This document shows, one piece after another, positions 39,443 to 53,960 of a stretch of 64,000 nt of DNA. The notes under the pieces were generated by a model, which made no database searches, was not told the origin of the DNA, and saw only the letters and a program-made list of their open reading frames with translations. A program made the translations under genes and the position numbers. Position 1 is the stretch's first letter; the number at the start of each line of letters is the position of its first letter. Source of the stretch: Octopus sinensis (lineage: Eukaryota); the NCBI RefSeq assembly GCF_006345805.1, contig NC_043004.1, positions 14,818,001 through 14,882,000 of the forward strand, written 5' to 3'.

Positions 39443-39919
39443 TTATTTATATATATATATATGTGTATATATATATATATATATATAATATATATATATA
39501 TATATACTTCTGTATACATATATACGAATATATATGCGTTTATGTGTTGTGTGCCTTATGTGTGTGTGTGTGTGTATAAGTAGACACATACACACACATA
39601 TGAATGAGAAAAAACGCACCGAAATAATTATAAACTGGAAATAACATTTTTATTAATTGAGAAATGTTGTTCTGCTCGCACATGATATTAGATTATCCCT
39701 ATCTCAATACATAAGAACTACTCAGCATAATCTCTATCACAAACGGTAAAATAGCTGCATCGTTTATGCAGCTATCGAAACCACTTTGTAAACTTTCAAG
39801 TGTGCACTGTTTTCTCTCAACCTCTTCGCATCCACTTTCACCTCACCTTTGTCGTCATCAAATCATTATACTCGAGAATCACTCTTTTATGCTTTCAAAG
39901 TCAGTCGTGGCAACTGCAC

Positions 39920-40655
39920 TCTGTTTTCTGTCATGAGTCCAGTCCTTGATGTTGTAAAACCAAGATTTTCTCTATCATCCTCTCTGGCGCCCTTCAATAA
40001 CTGGCCTGAAGATTGGTTTTAGGCATGGAGTTGTGGTGGGTTACCTGAGCTTATCAGGTGTGGTTCCTGTCTAGCAGCATCTTTGGTGACTTTCTGTCTG
40101 ACAAAGCTGTTCGTTTTGTGCCCTTTATACGGGATGTGTATTAGCCTTCTAAAGCACTTATCCTCAAATACCTTCATTTGTCACTCAATGTCAACTGTAA
40201 GAGTACAACCCTCACACCCAAAGAGAAGGGTCAGATTTATCAGGGTCTTGTACACTCTGAGTCTTGTTGGAAAACCAATGGAATTACTTTCCCATGTTTA
40301 CAGCTTCTTCGTGGCGGCAGAGGCTAAACTGAGTCTTCTTTTGTGATCTGCCGTCCTTGGTCAAAATGAAACCTTGCTGTTACTATTAAACCGGATCTTG
40401 CTCTTTTCTGAGTCTATTTCGATCCCGTATGCTCCGGAAACGGGCAGTGAGCTCCTGTACAACTGCTTCATTTCTTCCTAACAGGTCTATATCATTAGCA
40501 AAACGCAGGCTGGAACTGGAATTTCTCCAGGTGAAACAGGTGTGTGGAGTTCTTCATGTGTTTCCTGCATGATGTTTCTCAGGAAGATGCTGAAAAGCGC
40601 TGGAGAGAGCATACATTGTTTTTCAACATTTTCCTGAATTGATTGAGATCCACTA
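39920..40655 (-). mobile_element. RTE-clade LINE remnant (RT C-terminal region)
   Basis: Relics CMLSPALFSIFLRNIMQE, LRFANDIDLLG and RVYKTLINLTLLFGCEGCTL...VFEDKCFRRLIHIPY, which match the RTE LYGCETWTL/AFE.W..RR pattern. Confidence 0.8.
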
Positions 40656-41316
40656 TTTTTTGCGCAGTAATTTACTCGAAAAAATTAATGTTTCTCTTAA
40701 TTCAAGAAAAAATAAATACTATAATAATATGGAAAAGCATCATCAGGATAATTTTTGCAAATATTGGTAACTGTAATTTTTATAGTTGTTAATATTACTG
40801 TAAAATTCTCCTTTATAATAGCATTGTAGAATTTATATTCAGACATATACACATAAACACAGAAATACTTATATAGGTAAACATACATATAACCACACAC
40901 ACACATGCACACACGCGCGCTCACACATACAGACACGTCCATACTAAAAAAAACCACTATAATAATACATTTCTCTCAAACAGTTTCATTTTCTAATGGC
41001 CTCAACCTGTTTTATTTTTTGTTTTACCAATTAAACTTTAAATTTTCCACATATAAAATGATCCAATGAGATCCTTACTATGTGATTCCCTGGTATGTTA
41101 GAGTCATCTCCCAAATGCCTCACAGATTTCGCAGTGCTGTCTTACATAGTAAAGAAACTAATCGGCGAATGAATCTCGGACTTACTTGGTTCATTTAAGC
41201 CTACATATTGATCATCACTGTAGCACATTTAATCGCGAAATTTTGCCTCACAAAGGCTAAAGTTTCACAGATCAACATTTTGTGAGCCTATGTAAGTAAT
41301 GATAAATAGAATGTGT

Positions 41317-41733
41317 CCTTTTATTCTTTTATTTGTTTCGGTATTTTGAGTGCGGCCATGCTGGAGCACCGCCTTTTTAGTCGAACAAGTCGAACCGCAG
41401 GATTTATTCTTTGTAAGCCTATTACTTATTCTATCGTTCACTTTTGCCGAGCCACTAAGTTACGGGGACCTAAAGACATCAACATCGGTTGTCAAGTGAT
41501 GGTAGGGGTGACAAAAAACAGATACACAAGTATATGCACACACACACACACACACACATGCGTATATACGACAGGTTTCTTTTAGTTTCCCTCTACCAAA
41601 TCCACCCACAAGGCTTTGGTCGGCGCGAGGCTACAGTAGAAGACAGTTGCGCAAGATGCCAGACAGTGGGACTGAACCCGGAACCATGTGGTCGGTAAGC
41701 AAGCTACTTACGACACAACCACTCCTACGCCTA
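41317..41733 (-). mobile_element. SINE family A, full length, with an empty Tx1 target site at 41695-41709
   Basis: Uninterrupted head gtaagcaagctacttacgacacaaccactcctacgccta on +, with A and B boxes on the minus strand. Confidence 0.92.
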
Positions 41734-42921
41734 TAGGCAGCCGATGGGGCGGTTGCTTTAATTTTCTCCATCTTCTCGTATTTACTACTGTATATTTCAA
41801 GAATATAACAACAAAATTATCATTATTTTTCAAGTACGCTGACTGAGAATGTCAAATTATTATGCCAGTCATTTTCTTATTATCATGCATTATATCAAAG
41901 ATGGTTGCACAATATTTATATGGGGGGCAATCGAAACAAATTTATTGACATCGCAATAAATCATTATCAATTAATTTGACGTCATAACTTATTATGTTTC
42001 AGCGTATGATAGAGACAAACACATGTGATTGCATTCATGACGGGATAATACATATAAGTCAAATAAAGCTAGCATTTAAAATATATTGAAAGCCATATGC
42101 TTCCAGTATAATCTGAGTTGTTCCCTAATCGAAATCTGTGCTCGATACCTGAACGAGATAAAAATTTAGTTTATTGTATAATTTCTGATGCATACGGTTT
42201 TCTTATTAGCACGATAAAAATGTGGATATTGCCCAATTTGATCGTTCACAGTTAAATCGCTATATTTAATATTACATGACGTTCTGAAGAATTACAAAAA
42301 GAATCTCGTAGTTGTACGTTATTTTGAAGGAAACAAATATAAATGATCTAATCATTCAATTGATCCGAGTCTCTATTATATTTCTAATAGAACATATAAA
42401 GAGGGACCAAGTATGATGGAGTGTTACGAACTTTTTATTACAAGAATGCTTGTACAAAACTTAAAATCCATTTTTGTCGAAAGTAAATATTATTTCATTA
42501 TGGAAATTAAAATGTTTACTGACACGAATGGAATCAAAGTACTAAGACAATAGTATAATATTTGTTGTATTTTTGATAATTGACAATTATCGATCATATG
42601 CATCGATTAGCTTCTTTACAATTTCGCTAAAGATTATTGCATTTTCATAGCTTTCTATTGATTTAGTAAAATTTTAATCTTTCAAAAAATTTTGTAAATG
42701 TATTAATTTAATTTATCATAATATTGGTTCATTGTTTTTCGGGCCTTGAACTTATTTACAGAGATACTCTATATTTTTTTTGAATTACCGGTAGATCTAA
42801 TAACTAGTACATAAACAATCATAGAACTGCAACAGTACAATTACGTGCCGATCACCAGTGAGTATAATTCGTCAGCAGCTAATAAATTCGCTTTAGATGC
42901 AGATTTGTTAGCGAATAGATA

Positions 42922-43845
42922 TATGATGTTCATTGAAAATGAATCTGGCTTTATTTTTTCCCGCCAAAACTAATGCCGTATGAGCAAAATCCTTTGAGTG
43001 GGAGGTGAAGCCACCCTTCCTGCGGCACATGCGTGAACATTTTCGCAGCGGTAGGCAGCGCCGGATTCCATTTGTTACGTTTAGAATACAGACGTGTGGT
43101 GCGCGTTTGTCGGGTTTTCTCTTTAACGCAATATCACCGAGTACATCGAAGAGAGACATTGCATAAAATTGTTTCAAAAGCTTGATGATAATCAAAGTCA
43201 AATCATTCGGAAGATTCTGCAGGGTTTTGCCGGTGTGCCATGTGGAAAACCCAGATCAAGAAGTGACAGAACCATTTCAAACATGGTCGCACTTTAATGG
43301 AAGACGAGGCACATTTAGGCAGGCTATATAGAAGCCGAAACTAGGAGCCGATTGAGAAGAGTCGGAAAATATTCATTGGAAGACAGTCGTGTAATAATCC
43401 AGGAAATTGTTCACTAAATGAAATTAAAAACTGGATCTGTGCATTCCATTAGGAGGATTTGTGCAAACGTAGAGTGTCGGCGAAAAGATAAAGTCGGATA
43501 ATTCTGAACGCATCTCGTAATCCAAGCCTTTTTCCGGTTGAGAACAATATCACTTGTTTGATAGGCTCCTTCTCTCCCAAATTGGGACCATGTGACTCCT
43601 GACTCCTCTTGAAATTGAAAACTACGCTGAAAAGATACGATTTGAGTCGCGAGAAGAAGTTAGGAGAAAAGCAAAGGCGGAGTTCAATGGCATAAGAAGC
43701 CGTTCCAGAGATGTTACCAGCATCGGTAGAACCACTGGAAGAAGTCTGAGAACTCGCAAGCGGAGTATTCTGAAGGTGGTTAAATAAATGTTGTGAATTT
43801 TTTTTTAATGCCCAAAGGTCGGATACCTTTTGAATGCACCTCGTA
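42922..43845 (+). mobile_element. mariner transposon remnant with TIRs
   Basis: Degenerate TIRs tatgatgttcattgaaaatgaatctg and tcggataccttttgaatgcacctcgta, with TA ends. Relics RHCIKLFQKL and SPKLGPCDS*LLLKLKTTLK...RFESREEV. Confidence 0.8.
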
Positions 43846-45246
43846 GATTCCTCCTCGACCAGTCAATTTTGCCTCAGCGGCTATTCCTGGATATGAAAAT
43901 GCAGGGAGAAACGTATTTTCCATTAACTAGTTGGTTGTCATTTCTGCTTAGTTGAATTGATCAACTTAAAATGAAAAGCATTTCACAAAGATAAAATCGG
44001 CCGCCCTGTCGATTATTTCAACACACGACCATACAAACCATGTCGCAATAACATTTCCAGAATGCCATGTGCATTTTACATAGCTTCTAAGGTTGCAGTG
44101 AACAAACGTGAAATTTTCTACAGATAACAACCAATGGCTTCATAAAGGTATGGCACATTGATTACTATCTTCCATATAAACGCGCACGAAATAAAGACGA
44201 GATGATCAAATCCGGAATGTTTTCGGTTAAAATCTCGCGCCCGCCTGAAATGGTATTAAACGTTAACAGCAACAATAGATACAGGAATCAAATATACTTG
44301 ATACAGGTTATCACTTATTTCTTCGATAGTTTTAAAATATCAATATAAGTGAATTTAATTCCTAGCTTGCTTGATAATTATTTGAAGACATATAAAGATC
44401 GATACATATCACTTATTGTCATACGGATTTCAAAATGTTATTTTGATTAAACATCTTGTTAATTAATGGAGTGCAGGAAATTCAATATTCTTGTCATTAA
44501 ATCTCTGTTGTAAATTGAAAGAAAGTATCACTCTTATCTATAATACTTACATAGGGTTGAGGATTTTTATTCGGAGGTTCAGAGATCTCTTATCATTCAG
44601 GCCACTTATATGATAGTATATTACTGGGAATTATCATGAATATGAAAAACCTCATTTAAAATGATATACGATTTGCCTGAGATACATAGATATTAAGATC
44701 TAATTAGTGGTTCTCTGTTATTCTCTCTTTCTCTACTTTCTTTTTTTTTTTCGATATATCAGTACAACCTATCTTCGATCCATCATTATTGGAAGCCTTA
44801 TTACAGCGTTACCAGCTTATCTATACTGGTGGTTTTATGTCTAACTTACGATGATAATAAACATAAACGACAGGCTTATAATTTGACCTTAATATATAAC
44901 TATTGTAAAGCAACCGCACTGAGAGATTGTTTAGAAAATCCAATTAATTATATGTGAAGACGGTGCGATCAAAATCCATAGTCACATAAAACATCTCAAC
45001 AACAATATTAAATGTGAAATATCTGGTCATCTTTTTAAAGAACGAATTCATATAGATAAACTGGATTCAAGCGTAAATTATTATTTACCATTTAAATTAT
45101 GCTTTATTCAATAGTAGTAAGTAAAACCTAAACTGCCAATTCCTCTCCTAACTCTTTTGCCATTAAAGGGAAAATAAATCATAACAGGTTTGAATGTCTT
45201 TTCATTCATATGTGTGTATTTGCTAGCATCATTATGCATATATTTC

Positions 45247-45465
45247 AGGGGGCGAATTAGGAGAATCATGTGCACGTCGGACAAAATGATTCGTGGCATG
45301 TCGTCCGGCTTTGAGTTCGGAGTTGAAATTCCGCTAATGTCATGTTTTCATTTCCTCCCTTCGGAGTCAATAACATAAGTAACAGTCGAACACTAGTGGT
45401 CGATGTTATGCACTAGCTACCTCCCTAAAAACATCAAGCCTTGTGCCTAGAATTGAATGGATAAT
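45247..45465 (+). mobile_element. SINE family B, degenerate
   Basis: agggggcgaattaggagaatc head, gagttgaaattccgc B-box-like motif and gccttgtgcctag tail. Confidence 0.7.
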
Positions 45466-45715
45466 TATGCGTGTATTTTCATTTTCGTAGCTAGTAAAAT
45501 GTGAATCGAAATATATTGTTTAACCCCGAGCTTATCATGATCGAATAAACCTAAACAAATTGATCGTGTGATTATGTAAGATGATAATCTTTACATATTA
45601 TCTACAATATATATATATATAAAATTCTCCGCCTCTATTTTTCAAAATACATCAAAATTATTTTCTCTTAGCACACACACGCACGCAAACATATATATGT
45701 ATATATATATATATA

Positions 45716-45754
<39 letters not shown>

Positions 45755-45783
45755 TATATATATATAATATATATATATATATA

Positions 45784-45836
<53 letters not shown>

Positions 45837-45878
45837 TATATATATATATAATATATATATAATATATATATATATATA

Positions 45879-45919
<41 letters not shown>

Positions 45920-46928
45920 ATATATATATATTATATATATATATATAAAACATATATTCATACATACATACACATATAGATGCATATATTCATACATACA
46001 TATTCATATACATGTTTGCGCGCGTTAATGGGTTTGATATGCGGCATGAATAATTGAGCATATCTCCTTTATTTTCAAACGCTATGGCCATTCTGGGGAA
46101 AACCGCTATTTTTATACTTAACCATTTACGGAAATATGAATAATGTCTAATTTTCTATAAATCGTACAATGCATATAGATATCAATGATGAATAAGAAGA
46201 ATTTATTTTACGTAAATTAGTGGTTGCAAGGTGATTTAACTTGCATGATTTAACAAAATTACATGCATGACAGACTTTAATGAAATTGCATTTTAAATGT
46301 ATATTATTCGGATTGCATACATCTATAACGTTATCATACTGCCTTATTTTAATAAAACGTCAGATACATTACGTTTTATAATTTGCATGTGCGATGGGTT
46401 TTGTTTATAACGAAAATTTCTATATTTTTCTTAATACATGAATTGATTTTATTTCATGGGTGTTGATATACTCTTCTTAATGTGCTAGTTTTCTTCTTAT
46501 TCAATAAAAATGACATAAGCTGATGCCATGTGTAGCAACTTTATTTAAAAGTTTTCTTCCATATATCTAATTCATACCGAGACAGCTGCAATTTTGCGTG
46601 CAGAATATATGAATGTACTCGGTAGGAAGATAGTACTAGCATTTTCTGTTTTGTTTATCCGAACATATATGACTTTTCACCAAAGAAAATCTAATGTCTG
46701 TTTCATAGTAATCTTATATATACTATTTCCCGAAACTATAGATATAATGTGTATAAATAGGTTTGATGTACATTATCCTAAGGCATCAAAGGATTTGCTA
46801 TATATTCACTTGACCTGCAAGAAATAGCAAATTACTCTCAAAGTAATGCTAAAATCATAAAAATATAAACTAAGTCAGTTAAACTAATTTAGCTCCTGAC
46901 ACGACGGCTTAGTAAATAACTAAATGAA

Positions 46929-47297
46929 TTCTTTTATTCTTTTGTTTGTTTCAGCCATTTGACTGTGACCATGCTGGAGCACCGTCTTCTGTCGAGCAAA
47001 TTTACCCCGGGACTTATTCATAGTAATCCTAGTACTTATTCTATCGGTCACTTTTGCCGGAACACTAAGTTACGGGGACGTAAACACACCAACATCATTT
47101 GTCAAGCAATGGTGGGGGAGCCAAACTCAGACACGCAAATACACATACACGTGCGCCTACCAAGTCCACTCACAAGGCTTTGACCAGCCCGAGGGTATAG
47201 TAGAAGACATTTGCCCAAGGTGCCACGCAGTGGTACTGAACCAAGAACCATGTGGTTGGGAAGCAAGCTTCTTACCACACAGCCACTCCAGCGCCTA
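46929..47297 (-). mobile_element. SINE family A, full length
   Basis: Homology to the other copies; intact head ...ccacacagccactccagcgccta. Confidence 0.92.
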
Positions 47298-48536
47298 TAA
47301 ATAAGTATAAAAAACTTGACCGGTCATGTCCTGAAAAATATCGCCGTAGGTCTGTAGAACATATTCTAAATCTAACGATTGGCAACAACGAGCTTATCAA
47401 AAGCAACTACTAATAGCTCGCTGAACAGCACTGTTTTGACTCTACCTTACAAACTGTGGCTACACGAGCTTCGTTTCGTCTGGGATTCAGACAACCTTAT
47501 GCCCATTTTCCCAATAGAGCTACCTATTTTTCTACTGGTTAGAACAACAAATAGTCAGATCAATCCTGAATATTTCTCATGAATATAACTGTAGTGGCTC
47601 CATCCAATTCATATTGCACTCTCACAAAGTGTTTTCGTAAGCAAGTTCAACTGGGGTGTCGAAGTCACTTTTCTGATAAATTAGTTTGGGAAAATTAATT
47701 TTTTTTTAAAAGGGAAGAATAAGGTTTTTGCTATATCTTATATGGTCACACAATACAGTTCAATGAGAAGAATGCACATTTAGTTATGTACACGTAAATA
47801 CATACATATATACATATAAAATCATACACAATTATGTGCAGCCTAAATCAAGTACACAGGAGCTACTACAAAGAAAATGTAGTAAGCATGAGAGAGAGAG
47901 AGAGAAAGAGGGCAAGAGGAGGGGGAGAGAGAAGGGAAAAGTGAAAAAGAGAGGGTGAGACAGAGAGACAGTTATATGAAACTGAGATACAAAAAGATAG
48001 AAAGGCAGAGAGCAAGAAATATTTCGCAAGTGTAACCCAATCTATTCTTTCTATGCAGGTAGTAGATAACTTTGCATCGTGTGTGGTGCAAGAGTTATTT
48101 GTTGTGAAATAATTTACACATACATTCATACACACCAGAATGCAAGCGCGTACACTCATTGACGCACTATTCTCCCTCACACACAATACCACAAGAACAG
48201 GGAGCAACGAGGAGAAATACAGAGAATATAAAGATCCATATAAATACTCGAATGTATTTATGTAAACAATTGCTAGCACATGACCGCATACGTGCGCCCA
48301 TACAGGAATGCACGCACACACGTATATGTCTACATATACATATACACATTTATACATGTATGCATGTATGTATATATAACATGTGCATGCGGGCGAAGAT
48401 ATATATATATATACATACATGCATACATATATATACATATATACATATACATATACATACATACATATATACACATACATATACATATACATATACATAT
48501 ATATATATATATATATATACATACATATACATATAC

Positions 48537-48591
<55 letters not shown>

Positions 48592-48652
48592 CATATACAT
48601 ATACATATACATATATATATATATATATATATCCTCGTATATAAATAAGCAT

Positions 48653-48709
48653 GGTGCCCCAGCACTGCTACAGTCAATTGACTGAAACAAGTGAAAGAAG
48701 ATGAAAGAG
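48653..48709 (+). mobile_element. SINE family A 3' tail only
   Basis: ggtgccccagcactgctacagtcaattgactgaaacaagtgaaag. Confidence 0.6.
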
Positions 48710-48736
48710 CATATGTGCACGCGCGTGTACGTATGC

Positions 48737-48826
<90 letters not shown>

Positions 48827-50424
48827 TATATATATATTATATATGTATGTATGTATATATATATATAATGAATGCGGATCTTTTTGTCCCACTTGCCATT
48901 TAGATCTTTTTATACGAAATTTTTATACGAAATTTTAGCTTATAGATTAATGGAAATGGAATGCTGTAAAATGTCATATCTGCGTTGTTATTTAGAGAAA
49001 ACAATGTATCTAAATGTTAAGGAATATATTTTAAAAATAACTGTTAATATGTTTTGTCGGATTTGATCAATATCGTCAAAGCATTATGGTGCAGGGTACT
49101 TAAAATCTAATTTCTACTGAACCAATAAAAAGAATAATTTTAATATTCCATATCGGTGTTTCAATCTAGAAACAATTCACTTTGATATATTTCATATTCC
49201 CTATGTCATTTTATTTAAATACCACTTATGAAAAATTTATTTTAATGCAGCATTGAATACGTGTGTGTGTGTATGTTTGTATGTGTGTATCTATATTAAT
49301 ATGTGTATGTGTGTGATTTATATATATATATATACATATATATGTACATGCACACATATACATACCCGCGCACACCTATATATGTACATGATATGCGTGT
49401 GTATATGTGTAGTCACAGAAACGCAAGCACATATATGTATGTGCACGTATGTGAAAGCTTACAAGTTTAATCTGTATAGATTTTCCTATACGTTGTTGCA
49501 TAATATCCCTTGTGTGCACATGAACACTTTTGCATATGCATATACTAACAATCATATTGGAATGAATACAAAGAAATATGCACCTAGTTCCGCATATTTC
49601 TTTCCGCAAGCAAATACTCATTCGATTCCTGCATTTGTTTCCGCATCATAAAATGTGTAAATGGCGTTCTATCTTGCTCAGGCTCCTTTGTATAATACGG
49701 AAGAATTTGCTTCAAAAGAATCATGTTTAATCATTTTGTCTATCCTCTATATTTTTTCTCATACTTTTGTGATAAAGTCAGACGATTCGCATAGTCTTAC
49801 GTTGTTGTTTCAAAAATCCCTTCCATTTGTAATAAGTGTGTCAAGCTTAGAGGGCAATATGTTGAAGAAATTAATAATCAAATAATCCTTCTGTATTTCC
49901 TCTTACCCAAAGCCAAGAACTTTTCTCCACCACCTCGTAGTTCGACAATGGGAAGGTTGTCGGTTTTGAGTATGCAAGCATACTATCGTAGGTTTTCTAT
50001 TCTAGACCAGACACTATTGCATAGAATTATGTATTTAGGACTCCATTATAAAATATGCTTTGACTTATTAAGATTTAAATTTAAGCTTGGTTGTCTGTTT
50101 CCTCTGGCAAAATCTATGGATGCTTAGGGGAAATTTTACGTCATTACTTTACACAAGGGTGTAAGTGTTCTTGTGCCACTTACACACAATATACGTTACA
50201 TTATGTGCACGTGTGTCTGTCTGTTTACTTGTTTCTCTGAGTAAGAGCGTGTGTGTTTGCTTGTTTCTCTAAGCTTGTAAATATATAGAGCTGTTTTGAT
50301 TTATATATGTGTATGTGTGCTTGTGTGTCTGATGAGCGCTTATTAAAGGTATGTTTAAAGTATGTCACAGGAGTAATCAATAATAGCCTGGTATATTTTA
50401 ATTTAATATAGATATTAGTGTAAG

Positions 50425-50695
50425 GATGCATGGCCTAGGAGTTAATGTGATGCACCCATGATCTCCAGATCGAGATTTCAATTCCTGGTCTCGATGTAGT
50501 GTCTTTGTCAAAAAAAAAATTAATTTCACATTTTTGTGCGATCATTTCCACACCTGACATATCGTACACTATGCACCGGTTCAATCAACGTCAATTTAAT
50601 GGAGGGAATGAGCAAAATGTACAGCACAAGCATTTGATCAATGTAAGCAAATCCTTTTGTGCCGATTATTCTGCAAGAAATTGCAGAACAGTTTA
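50425..50695 (+). mobile_element. Old tRNA-derived SINE (family D)
   Basis: gcatggcctaggagtta A-box-like and atttcaattcctgg B-box-like. Single copy in the window. Confidence 0.45.
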
Positions 50696-50801
50696 ACAAT
50701 CATTAATCATGTTCCTGTGCGAACAAGTAACTGATTTGTTGCAACCGTGTAACCTACGAAAAGAATTACGTACAAATATCAAATGAAATATATATGAATA
50801 A

Positions 50802-50838
<37 letters not shown>

Positions 50839-53090
50839 TGTGAGTGTTTTAATAAAATATAACTGTTAGAAAATATACCTGTTTGTATTCTCGTTTGTAA
50901 GTATTTGCCATTGTATCTCTCATCCTGGGAAAATCAGCTCGCTAAAGTATACTAATGGATTGCATTACCAAAATGAGATTCCTGTACATTTTAAGCATCC
51001 CCATTGACTATTTGACAGAGCAAGTTACCCGAGAAAACTCGGACTGATCAAATTATTTCGAGACATTTCTTCATAAATGCATGATGAATTTAATCATATT
51101 TCAGAAGTGTGTTTTATAAGACAGAATAAACTCTATAAACGAAATTTTATAGATTATTTCATAATTCCTTCTCAATTGCGTCATTCTGAATTTCGTTAAT
51201 AACTCAGCATAACTAGCTTGAAGGCAGTGGGATTTGCAGTATCCTGACATAACGTCTTTGATACTTTATATGCTCAAATATAAAACGCAAAATCTTCTTT
51301 ACAAATACTGTTAGCGATTTAGTTAACAGAAGAGGGATGAAGTCATAAATATAAATATATGCTTGTATCAAATTGTCTATTTTTATTAGCTCTATTTGTA
51401 ATATGGAAATAAATATACAAATGTGATGCAAATGCTATTTTCTGTTTTGAAAATATTGACAAAAATTCAATAGATAATAGTATTTTTTCAGAAAAAGTAA
51501 GTTAATCAAATGGATCCATTCCCATAGTCTCTAGCCTTTATAATTTTATATGCATCACTCTGCTAAAGCTAGAATCAACTTACGTTTGATATGTTGCATA
51601 CGAATGTTTTTAAGTTACCCGAATTAGAGAAATTAACACCGGTCTAGTGAAAATAATATTCACATTGTTGTATTCATTAATTTGTTTATGTAAGTGATTA
51701 AGTTTTTAATAATATTTAGGAAGAAAGCATCATAAATTTCAGTGATGCTCTCGCATAGCAAAGGTAATTCCTGAGCATCATAACGACAAAATTAAACAAA
51801 TTATTTTCACCGTTATATTTATTCCATTTTTTTCTATAACACATCATTCTTTTGGAAGGTTGAAAAAATAATGTGGTTGCATGGTGAATTTGAACTGAAA
51901 TGCTGAATGTATAACATCGATGAAGGTAATCTGTCTACATACTTTCTGAAAGTCACCTTGTTTGTTGTAACTACTTCACCGTCATTGGCAAGAATCACTA
52001 GTGATTTCAAGGAGATTTATATATTGTGTGAAATGTAACTTTTGTTTCTATACGGCGAAGAAGTATAGAGATCTAAATGAAGGAGAATTGATTTAACTAC
52101 GAATCTAAAGCCGAAGTGACACTACTAAATTAAATATACATTGAATTAATAAACATAAATAATGGTGTTGATAACTTAATGTGAATCGTAATGCTACAAT
52201 AATGATTTCCCTCTTGTCATAAAATAGTGTTAGAGACATCAGCATTCAAGTGAAATATCGTGCCGGAAACAATAATGGAAAGAAGAGGTGGAAAAGAAGG
52301 AAAACGGGAAACTGATAGCAATTGAGTTAATAAACACATTCATGAAAATTTCTCAATGATAACGGACCAGTGTGAGATAAGCATAACAAATACACATGTC
52401 TAAGGATACATATCCAAATATTTACATAACACTTATCGTTGCTTTTAAGCTAACAACTTATCAGATGCCTTCAACTGTATAAACAAAGTGTATGCCGATA
52501 CTTCTCTTAATAACATTATATATATCAGGTATCAACTAGAGAACGTCTACCTGGCTGTCTGGCCTGCTAGATATAGCAGTCAAATTGTTCAGAAAACAAA
52601 ATCTATCGTTTTAAATAAAGTAATGTGATCCCATATGACGTGTAGAAAGACAAAATGACCTCAAGTGGAATGCTTTTGTTTACAAGTTTTCCCAGTAAAA
52701 CAAAAAACGACTTCCGGTATCTAGCCACTGATATTGTGATAAACAAGAAGAGAAAGCGGATGTTATATTTTAGAGATTATAGAACCACAACAGTATTATA
52801 CTATTTTTGTGTGATCTTATTAGTGTGAGGATTTTGTTCATAACTAATTATCCAATATTAATTTCGTAAATACTAGAGCTGCGTAATCCAAATTATTTTA
52901 CCGCTGCAAGTAGTTGAGATTCCTGGAACAATAAATGTTACCGTGTATGTATTACTCCACTAAAATCTTCTCACGGGTTGTTCATAAGGTATATACGTCT
53001 TCATAATGTGCCCACCACAAGGAAATTGTTGTATGCTGCGAGGATATATGATGTTATGACACAGGGCATAACTTTTGCTTAAAATATACA

Positions 53091-53420
53091 TAGGCGCAGT
53101 AGTGACTGTGATAAGAAACTTGTTTCCCAACCACATGGTTCCGGGTTCAATCCCACTGCGTGGCACCTAGGGCAAGTGTCTTCTACTATAAGCCTCGAGT
53201 CGACCAAAGCCTTATGAGTGGATTTGGTAGGCGGAAACTGAAAGAAGCTCGTGCGTGTGTATGGGAGGGGGTTGTTCCCCACCATCACTTGACAACCGAT
53301 GTTGGTGTGTTTATGTCCCGTAACTTAATGGTTCGGCAAAAGTGACCGACAGAATAAGTACTAGGCTTTACAAAGAATAATTCCTGGCTGCAGTCAAATG
53401 ACTGAAGCCAAAAAGAAAAA
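53091..53420 (+). mobile_element. SINE family A
   Basis: taggcgcagtagtgactgtg...gggttcaatcccactgcgtggcacctagggcaagtgtc. Confidence 0.9.
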
Positions 53421-53686
53421 AACGTGGCTTTAATTCTGTTCTACGTAAAATTCATTCCTATTTTCCTTGGGAAATTATACAAAATTTCAGAGAAACATTT
53501 TGTGGTAATGTTTGGATAAAACATGCAAACAATTTCCATGCGTATGCGCATATAACTGTACACTCCTACTCCCATCTCTGCGTTCATATAGACAAGTTTG
53601 TATGTATGAACGCATGTTTGAGCGCGTGTTTTAACATTTATGTATACATACAGTCACACATAGGTGAGACTGTACGCTGGATTTGA

Positions 53687-53960
53687 AACTGGCACTCCAT
53701 CTGTCACGACGCCGAGTGTTCCAGTTGATCCCAGCAGCGGGGCAGCCAGCTAGTGAAACTAACAAGCAAGTGGTTGAGCATGAGCAACTTTAACAAAGGC
53801 GGCCCTTTGAATTACGGGTACCACTCATTTTTCAATATGAGTTGACTGTAGCAACTTGAAATAAAGTGTCTTGTTCCAGGACACAACTGGCCACCGGGAA
53901 TCGAACTGCAACCCTAAGATCGTGAGCCAAGTATCCACTATTCATTAAGCTGCACACCTT
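53687..53960 (-). mobile_element. SINE family C
   Basis: Reverse complement of 6746-7056. Confidence 0.8.

Noticed and set aside
47866-48786. 306-aa ORF, second longest in the track
   Set aside because: It is mostly (TA)n/(TATACA)n and (CT)-rich low-complexity sequence with no domain motif.
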